Of a stretch of 57,029 nucleotides of DNA, positions 51,210 through 57,029 are shown one piece after another; the stretch's first letter is position 1; each line of letters opens with the position of its first letter. A program made the translations under genes and the position numbers. The notes under the pieces were generated by a model, which did no database searches, was not told the origin of the DNA, and saw only the letters and a program-made list of their open reading frames with translations. The DNA is from Patescibacteria group bacterium UBA3533 (lineage in GTDB: Bacteria; Patescibacteriota; Minisyncoccia; Phycocordibacterales; Phycocordibacteraceae), in NCBI GenBank assembly GCA_002376865.1, contig DFOU01000006.1:30763-87791 (forward strand). Reading direction: 5' to 3'.

Positions 51210-51381
51210 GATTTTCCTCTATTACCTCTTTCTTTGACTCCGGCTTTGGAAGAAGCAACACAAGAAGCAGTACCGCAGCTGCAAACAACTGTATTAAAGC
51301 ATCCTCAACACCACCAGGAATACCTGAAAATGGCGTCAGAATGATTAAAATCGAAAGAATAATAAGAAGTGTTCGGTACAT
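51199..51381 (-). CDS. Small two-TM membrane protein
   Basis: MYRTLLIILSILIILTPFSG...LFAAAVLLLVLLLP. It overlaps the start of the next gene by 11 nt. Confidence 0.45.
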   Translation of the reverse strand: MYRTLLIILSILIILTPFSGIPGGVEDALIQLFAAAVLLLVLLLPKPESKKEVIEENHDF

Positions 51382-51395
51382 TTGTACCTACTATA

Positions 51396-52070
51396 CTATT
51401 TAGAAGAAACTGCTACAACAAACTCTCCTCGAATATGTTCTTCATTCTCTGTAAAGTATTCAAAAACTTCAGTTGCGCTTCCCTGCACAACCTCTTCATG
51501 CATTTTTGTAATCTCACGAAAAATACTCACTTTCTGTCCATCAACCAAAACTTCTTGAAGTGAAGCAAGAGTTTTCATAATTCTGTGTGGAGATTCATAA
51601 AAAACCATCGTTCGCTCTGACTGTGCAATTTCAGCAAAAAGTGTCTGTCTTCCCTTCTTGTGTGGCAAGAATCCAAGAAACGTAAACTCGTTTGTTGGAA
51701 TGCCCGCAATGGAAAGCGCTGCAGTTAGTGCAGATGCTCCTGGCACTGACACAACATTTGCACCCTTTGCTCGAGCATGATGTACAAGCTCGCTCCCTGG
51801 ATCTGAAATACCAGGAGTTCCCGCATCTGTTACAAGAGCAATATCATCACCCCTTTCTAATTGCTCAACAATTTTTGAAAGCACTGAATCATTACTTTGT
51901 GCGTGATATGAAATCAGTGGAGTAGAAATTTCATAATGCTGTAATAGTTTTTTTGTAACTCGTGTATCTTCTGCAGCAATAACTGACACACTAGAAAGCA
52001 CCTCGATTGCTCGATGCGTCATATCTCCCAGATTTCCAATTGGAGTTGCTACAACAAATAGTGTTCCCAT
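51396..52070 (-). CDS. rsmI: 16S rRNA (cytidine1402-2'-O)-methyltransferase
   Basis: GTLFVVATPIGNLGDMTHRAIEVL, DAGTPGISDPG and a tetrapyrrole-methylase-like fold length. Confidence 0.9.
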   Translation of the reverse strand: MGTLFVVATPIGNLGDMTHRAIEVLSSVSVIAAEDTRVTKKLLQHYEISTPLISYHAQSNDSVLSKIVEQLERGDDIALVTDAGTPGISDPGSELVHHARAKGANVVSVPGASALTAALSIAGIPTNEFTFLGFLPHKKGRQTLFAEIAQSERTMVFYESPHRIMKTLASLQEVLVDGQKVSIFREITKMHEEVVQGSATEVFEYFTENEEHIRGEFVVAVSSK

Positions 52071-52092
52071 GCAGCTAGCCTACATAAGAGAC

Positions 52093-52608
52093 CTATTCTC
52101 CGCAACTATATTCTTCCCTTACTTCAATTGCACGAAGAGGTTTGTCAGTCTTTTTCACAACAACAATATGATATGGATTTGTTAGTGCCCCAGTTGCTGC
52201 GCAGTTCCCATCAGGAGAGATGATGACTGTTTCAATCAACCGCTCATCTATTCCCTCAATAATGTCTCGTATATAAATATCATATCCTCCGGATGACTTT
52301 ACTCCTGCAACAACTGCAATTACGTGATCACGCGTAAAGTTTACAAACGGTGCATTTTGAGCTGTTGGATCATTCCCATACAACAATTCCCAGAATGCCA
52401 GGTAATCATCTTTATCTCTAAAGATGTAGTTCTTTCTTTCCACCAATACATCAGTTGGACCATCAATACCTACATCTAATGTTTTAAATGCTGGAGAATA
52501 ATTAGAACCAAATCCTGGAATAGAATCCCCTTCTACTAAAAGAAAAAGTCCTCCTCCGATGATAAGGCTGAAAAACGTTGCGAGAGCAAGCAACTGTAGT
52601 TCTTTCAT
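52093..52608 (-). CDS. Secreted protein with a PrcB_C-like domain
   Basis: N-terminal signal/TM segment, then FVNFTRDHVIAVVAGVKSSGGYDIYI...LTNPYHIVVVKK, which resembles the PrcB C-terminal domain pattern. Confidence 0.5.
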   Translation of the reverse strand: MKELQLLALATFFSLIIGGGLFLLVEGDSIPGFGSNYSPAFKTLDVGIDGPTDVLVERKNYIFRDKDDYLAFWELLYGNDPTAQNAPFVNFTRDHVIAVVAGVKSSGGYDIYIRDIIEGIDERLIETVIISPDGNCAATGALTNPYHIVVVKKTDKPLRAIEVREEYSCGE

Positions 52609-52623
52609 TACCTACAGTGTACC

Positions 52624-53907
52624 TTAGGAAAAGTTCACAGAGACGTACTCAGGAATCCAAGTGTAGATATCTCCTGCTCCCATTGTAAAGAGAACTGTGT
52701 CCTTGCCGCACTCCTCTACGACACTTTGCAGACCTTCCTTACCATCAATAGTTTCTGCGCACCCACCTGCTTCATTTATTTTTTCAACCAATGCTTTATT
52801 GGTTGTAACACCATCAAACTCTTCTCGTGCTGCAAAAATTGGTGCAACATAAACTTTATCAGCAAGCGCTAGCGACTCTGCAAATCCATCCATAAAGTCA
52901 CGTGTTCGTGAGTAAAGATGAGGATGAAAGGCAACAACAATTTCCTTGCTTGGGAAATGCTTCTTTACTGCAGCGACTGTCTTCTCTATTGCAGTTGGAT
53001 GGTGCGCGTAATCGTCATACACTAGAGACCCTTCGTTTGTCTTCCCTTTAAATTCAAAGCGGCGCCATGTACCTGGGAAACTTTCTAGTCCTTCTTTGTG
53101 AGATTCATTTTCCCCCTCTACTGCAATAGCAGTTGCCATGGCAGTTTTTGCATTTTCAATATTAAATTCTCCTGGAATCAATAGTGTGGGTGCTTCCACT
53201 TCTGCATAATCAATCACCTTACACTTTGCATGCTCTGAGAGTGCCTGCTCATACTTTCCTGCTTTATTTAAAATAAGCGCCCCGTCCTCTGGAAGTTTTT
53301 CTACAAGTTTTTTATATGAACCTACAAGCTGATCAATGTCTTTAAAATAATCTGTGTGGTCAAGCTCTATATTTGTAATTGCAAGAATTGTTGGAGAGAG
53401 ATGTAGGAAATGATCGTTGTACTCACACGCCTCTACAAGCAAATACTCGCTCTCTCCAATCAATACATTTGTATCTGTATCGCGCATGATGCTCCCCACA
53501 ATTACCGTGGGATCAATACTCTTTAGCATTCGAGCAAGCATTGCTGTTGTGGTTGTCTTTCCGTGAGTCCCGGCAATCGCAATGGTTTTATATTTTTTTG
53601 AAACTTCACCGAGCGCTTCAAAGTATGAATACACTGGCACTCCTCTTTTCTTTGCTTCCTCCAAAACCTCTGGGTGATTTGTAAGCCACGCGTCACTGTA
53701 CACAAAAGCATCTACCTCTGGCAGCTTATCTTTCTCTGAGATAACAGAAACACCCTTCTTTTTTAAAGGGTCAAGTGTCCGAGGACTCTCATTATCCTCT
53801 GTTCCTGTTACTTCTTTTCCAAGCCCTACCAAAAGACCTGCAAGTGCTGAAACTCCAGCGCCACCTATACCGATGCAATGAATTTTATTTGCTTCAAGTA
53901 TGTTCAT
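52624..53907 (-). CDS. murC: UDP-N-acetylmuramate--L-alanine ligase
   Basis: IHCIGIGGAGVSALA, GTHGKTTTT, and the central and C-terminal Mur ligase domains. Confidence 0.92.
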   Translation of the reverse strand: MNILEANKIHCIGIGGAGVSALAGLLVGLGKEVTGTEDNESPRTLDPLKKKGVSVISEKDKLPEVDAFVYSDAWLTNHPEVLEEAKKRGVPVYSYFEALGEVSKKYKTIAIAGTHGKTTTTAMLARMLKSIDPTVIVGSIMRDTDTNVLIGESEYLLVEACEYNDHFLHLSPTILAITNIELDHTDYFKDIDQLVGSYKKLVEKLPEDGALILNKAGKYEQALSEHAKCKVIDYAEVEAPTLLIPGEFNIENAKTAMATAIAVEGENESHKEGLESFPGTWRRFEFKGKTNEGSLVYDDYAHHPTAIEKTVAAVKKHFPSKEIVVAFHPHLYSRTRDFMDGFAESLALADKVYVAPIFAAREEFDGVTTNKALVEKINEAGGCAETIDGKEGLQSVVEECGKDTVLFTMGAGDIYTWIPEYVSVNFS

Positions 53908-53910
53908 TTG

Positions 53911-53984
53911 TGCGCGTACTAGGATTCGAACCTAGGACCTTTCGAGTATCAGTCGAATGCTCTAGCCAACTGAGCTATACGCGC
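53911..53984 (-). tRNA. tRNA-Ile (anticodon GAU)
   Basis: Hand-folded cloverleaf. Acceptor GCGCGTA/TACGCGC; D stem GCTC/GAGC; anticodon stem TTCGA/TCGAA with loop CTGATAC; T arm CTAGG-TTCGAAT-CCTAG; discriminator A. CCA is not encoded. The 3' end lies 3 nt before the murC ATG. Confidence 0.93.
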
Positions 53985-54110
53985 ATGATGTACGGGCCAT
54001 ACTAGCAAATATGCTTGTATACAGCAATGATATTAGGGACATGTGGAGAATCCTGTGGACAAAGCGTTTATAACCTCTGTATAGTGAATACGGAAGAAAA
54101 GGAGAAGCGT

Positions 54111-54269
54111 TTGTTCTCACCCTATCATCGTGGACCAACTCGGAATAGAACCTCGCCTATTGATCGCTCGCAAACTCGTTATTGTTCGACGCAACGTGAT
54201 AAAAACCGTCGACATGAAAACAAACAGCGCATCACAAGACGATATCATTCCAAGCTGAATCTACATTGA
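54111..54269 (+). CDS. Candidate small, highly basic peptide (52 codons) or an ncRNA; orphan plus-strand unit
   Basis: AAAAGGAG at 54097..54104, a 6-nt spacer, then TTG at 54111. The product FSPYHRGPTRNRTSPIDRSQTRYCSTQRDKNRRHENKQRITRRYHSKLNLH is Arg/Lys-rich. It is followed by a plus-strand terminator-like hairpin. No family recognised, so it could be a spurious ORF. Confidence 0.25.
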   Translation: MFSPYHRGPTRNRTSPIDRSQTRYCSTQRDKNRRHENKQRITRRYHSKLNLH

Positions 54270-54272
54270 ATC

Positions 54273-54297
54273 CTCGCCTCACACTATGTGAGGCGAG
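54273..54297 (+). terminator. 11-bp-stem hairpin whose 3-nt loop is the murD stop codon; T-rich tail on the plus strand only
   Basis: CTCGCCTCACA-cta-TGTGAGGCGAG followed by CTTCTTTTAT on the plus strand. On the minus strand it is followed by GATTCAATG. Confidence 0.55.
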
Positions 54298-55555
54298 CTT
54301 CTTTTATACATGCAAGAAATTGATCATTTCGATCATACTCATTTTTGAACATTCCAAATGATGCAAACCCCGGACTAAATAGAATTACATCTCCCTCCTC
54401 TGCAATGCCAAACGCTTCAGTAACAGCACTTTGTATAGAATCGTGCTGTTTTTCATCTCTCTCCAACTTTTCTGTACCAGAACCTGCAAGCAATATCACA
54501 TGATCTGCAGAGTCTAGGACCTCATTAAATCCATCAAGTGGAAGCTCTTTATCTGCCCCTCCTGTAATTACAATTATCTTCCCCGCTCCCTTTAGTGCAG
54601 CAATACCTGCTGCGGTTGCTGCTGGAGTTGTTGAGGTTGAGTCATTAAAAATCTGAACACCATTTACTTTTCCAATATCTTCTAACCTTCCCTCAATTCC
54701 TTTGAAGGACATGAATGCTTCTTTTATTTGCTCATCAGTAAGTCCATATGTTTTTAGGACATGATATGCACACGCTACGTTCTTTTCATTGTGCTCCCCA
54801 ATTAAATTTGGGTGCCACGATGGATCAACATCTCCTCTCCTGGCAACAATATAGTCATCCCTATACTCTTTTATTTTCTCCTCCATCTCTTCTCCAATGA
54901 TAAGCACATCACCGTCTTTTTGATATAAGAAAATATTAGCCTTATCCTTAAAATAAAGGCTCATATCACCCTTATAGTAGTTAAGGTGATCTTCCATAAA
55001 GTTTATAAATACAGCTATATTTGGACTTATTTTTTTATCTCCAAATCCTTGTAGCTGCCAACTATCAAGCTCAAATACAGCAATATCTTTCCCTTCTGTT
55101 TGATCAAGAAGCTCGAGATTTGAAACTCCTCGTATATTTCCTCCTAAAAGAGAGTTTTCAAGAGCGTGATGAATAAGGTGCGTAACTGTTGTTTTCCCGC
55201 GCGTACCTGTGATTCCAATCATTTTGAGATTACTCAACTCATGAAAAAGCGCTCCACTCATTACAGCCTCTACCCCATGCTCTCTCGCATGATTTATATA
55301 TTTATTATCTAAAGGAACACCGTTTCCTTTAAGAACCATGTCTTTGTTTTCAAAATCTTCCAGACGGTGCTCTCCTAGGACATACGTAATATTTGAAAAT
55401 TCTTTGAGCTGATCAAGAGATGATCTCAACTCTTCTTCTGTCTTTAGATCAGTTACAAGTAAGTCAGCTCCCTGCTGCGCAAGGTACTTTGTATCCCCCA
55501 CGCCGCGACCAAGAAGTCCTAGACCCATAACTGTTATTTTCTTTCCTACAAACAT
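54284..55555 (-). CDS. murD: UDP-N-acetylmuramoylalanine--D-glutamate ligase
   Basis: VMGLGLLGRG, GITGTRGKTT and the Mur ligase central and C-terminal domains. Confidence 0.9.
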   Translation of the reverse strand: MFVGKKITVMGLGLLGRGVGDTKYLAQQGADLLVTDLKTEEELRSSLDQLKEFSNITYVLGEHRLEDFENKDMVLKGNGVPLDNKYINHAREHGVEAVMSGALFHELSNLKMIGITGTRGKTTVTHLIHHALENSLLGGNIRGVSNLELLDQTEGKDIAVFELDSWQLQGFGDKKISPNIAVFINFMEDHLNYYKGDMSLYFKDKANIFLYQKDGDVLIIGEEMEEKIKEYRDDYIVARRGDVDPSWHPNLIGEHNEKNVACAYHVLKTYGLTDEQIKEAFMSFKGIEGRLEDIGKVNGVQIFNDSTSTTPAATAAGIAALKGAGKIIVITGGADKELPLDGFNEVLDSADHVILLAGSGTEKLERDEKQHDSIQSAVTEAFGIAEEGDVILFSPGFASFGMFKNEYDRNDQFLACIKEARLT

Positions 55556-55804
55556 ATTTGCTTAAGCATACCCTAATCATTGACGGAGTAAACAAAGAGA
55601 GGTAGCTTGAACATATACGATCTTTATAAAGCTGGAGGCACTATTGTGCAATTCTGAAAAGCGAAATCAACATTATCGGGCAATCCCCTCACGAAGTCAG
55701 GTTAGTGACAAAACACCGCCTGGCAACGTATACAAGCCTGGCAAGTTGAAACGGATTTCAGGAAAGGATCCTGCACAAACTCTTCGCGAGTCTTAAATAA
55801 ACAA

Positions 55805-55827
55805 AGCCCGAGCATTCTGCTCGGGCT
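55805..55827 (-). terminator. Hairpin terminator after the 40-aa ORF
   Basis: AGCCCGAGCA-ttc-TGCTCGGGCT. The minus strand continues TTGTTTATTT. Confidence 0.6.
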
Positions 55828-55847
55828 CTCTGTTTATGGGGCCTTGG

Positions 55848-55970
55848 TTATTTCAACCAAAGCATGAAATCAACTGCAAGCAAGAAGCCAAAGCTTCCAA
55901 CAAGTGATACGGTGAGACACCCCACAATACCCCAAAGAAGCCATTTGATGTTGCGCTCGCAACGCTTCAT
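55848..55970 (-). CDS. Small hydrophobic protein (40 aa), hand-called
   Basis: MKRCERNIKWLLWGIVGCLTVSLVGSFGFLLAVDFMLWLK: one TM helix with a positively charged N-terminus. A terminator lies 21 nt downstream. Confidence 0.35.
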   Translation of the reverse strand: MKRCERNIKWLLWGIVGCLTVSLVGSFGFLLAVDFMLWLK

Positions 55971-56079
55971 TTCAATTACTTCCGGTGATTCAACCACCGG
56001 TACATACAACTGATTCAAAGAAACCTCCCTTACTTCCTATATTTATTATACCACGCATAAATATTTTATGTCAATATAC

Positions 56080-56107
56080 AAAAAACACCCCTGTTGAGGT
56101 GTTTTTT
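56080..56107 (-). terminator. Bidirectional-looking terminator about 185 nt downstream of the 16S 3' end
   Basis: AAAAAACACC-cctgttga-GGTGTTTTTT. Confidence 0.65.
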
Positions 56108-56289
56108 GCAATACTAGAGTACGAAAATGATATATTCTCTTTCGTTCCGCCTATTCACCATTATGTTGCGAATTCCACAACACAATGTCCCATTTCTGAC
56201 TATATGGGGAGCCAAGCACCATTTAAGGATGTGTGCTATCTCCTCACAATAAATTGTGATCGCCATAACCTCGTACTATGTACGAGAAT

Positions 56290-57029
56290 CCACTTGGAAT
56301 TGATCCACGACCAGCTTCCGCTAGCCGTGCCTTGTTACGACTTAGTCCTTGTCATTGAATTTGCCTTAGGTCCAGATTAACTGGAACGTCGGGCACCCCC
56401 AACTCCCTTGACTTGACGGGCGGTGAGTACAAGACTTGAGAACGTATTCACCGTGGTGTTGCTGACCCACGATTACTAGCGATTCCGACTTCATGAGGTC
56501 GAGTTTCAGACCTCAATCCGGATTGAGATTGGTTTTAATAGATTTGCTCCGGGTTACCCCATTGCGTCTCATTGTACCAACCATTGTATCACGCGTGCAG
56601 CCCAGGGTATCAAGGGACATGCTGACCTGGCGTCATCCCCACCTTCCTCTCCCGTGAGGGAGCAGTCTCGCCTGACACTTATAACAGGCAACGAGGGTTG
56701 CGTTCGTTACCCCACTTAAGGGAACAGTTCAAACCACGAACTGACGACGGCCATGCATCACCTGTCCAGCACCCTCGAAGGCTATTCTAGTTTCTTAGAA
56801 TATGCAGCTGGATTTCTAACCCTGGTAAGGTTCTTCGCTTAGCGACGAATTAAGCCGCATGATCCACCGCTTGTGCAAGTCCCCGTCTATTCCTTTGAGT
56901 TTTAAGCTTGCGCTCGTACTACCCAGGCGGCTCGCTTACCGCGTTAGCTTAGCCTCCGAGAGGGTCGATACTCCCGAAAGCGAGCGAGCAGCGTTTAGGG
57001 CCAGGACTACCGGGGTATCTAATCCCGTT
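56290..57029 (-). rRNA. rrs: 16S rRNA gene, 3' portion (about E. coli position 785 to the 3' end), truncated by the window edge
   Basis: The plus strand carries the reverse complements of universal sites: GGACTACCGGGGTATCTAATCC (806R), GACGGGCGGTGAGTAC (1392 region, with one substitution) and CCTTGTTACGACTT (1492R). Helix 45 (CACGGCTAGC-GGAA-GCTGGTCGTG) is followed by GGATCA. The exact 3' end is uncertain. Confidence 0.93.

Noticed and set aside
54146-54297. An upstream CCTCGCCT copy as a possible antiterminator partner for the 54273..54297 hairpin (riboswitch or attenuator idea)
   Set aside because: The upstream copy has the same sense as the 5' arm of the terminator. It could only compete for the 3' arm. 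I found no conserved aptamer-like structure or leader peptide. The evidence is insufficient.
55985-56380. 131-aa plus-strand ORF from the track
   Set aside because: Its 3' part lies antisense over the 3' end of the 16S rRNA gene (about 56290-56380); the rest covers the 16S downstream spacer and terminator. The composition is not protein-like. It is an artefact of ORF calling in rRNA-flanking DNA.

Overview
The window is about 57 kb, AT-rich and gene-dense. It looks like a reduced-genome, CPR/Patescibacteria-like bacterium; that assignment is an inference from a divergent 16S, a split transketolase, a giant surface protein, a type IV pilin and the near absence of Shine-Dalgarno sites. Almost every gene is on the minus strand. 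Read in the direction of transcription (high to low coordinates), the window contains the following. (1) A partial 16S rRNA gene with its own terminator and no 23S downstream. (2) murD, tRNA-Ile(GAU), murC, a PrcB-like gene and rsmI. (3) A small module: a DUF4015-like glycoside hydrolase, a soluble TraD/VirD4-like ATPase and a lamin-tail/PKD membrane protein. (4) A roughly 20 kb surface-glycan island. It holds five GT4 and one GT2 glycosyltransferases, an epimerase, a deacetylase, four methyltransferases, a sulfotransferase, a NeuB-like synthase, a KdsB-like cytidylyltransferase, a HAD hydrolase, a Wzx flippase and a Wzy_C/TPR ligase-like protein. One clearly GC-richer foreign-looking gene sits inside it. 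(5) A Lys/Ala-rich histone-H1-like gene, then secA, obg and gatB. (6) A small HTH-TM protein, followed after a 640-bp motif-rich spacer by a 13.2 kb gene for a 4,415-aa protein. Its architecture is HTH, TM helix, about 33 GNVGIGTTSP tail-fibre-like repeats, two peptidase-S74 intramolecular-chaperone-like domains and two Ig-like domains. (7) gap, rpiB, rpe, tktN and tktC, a pilin and an ABC-2 exporter. The most unusual element is the HTH-anchored giant fibre gene together with its small HTH-TM paralogue and the repeated motifs in the spacer between them. All functional calls come from motif recognition by eye in the supplied translations. No database search was run.
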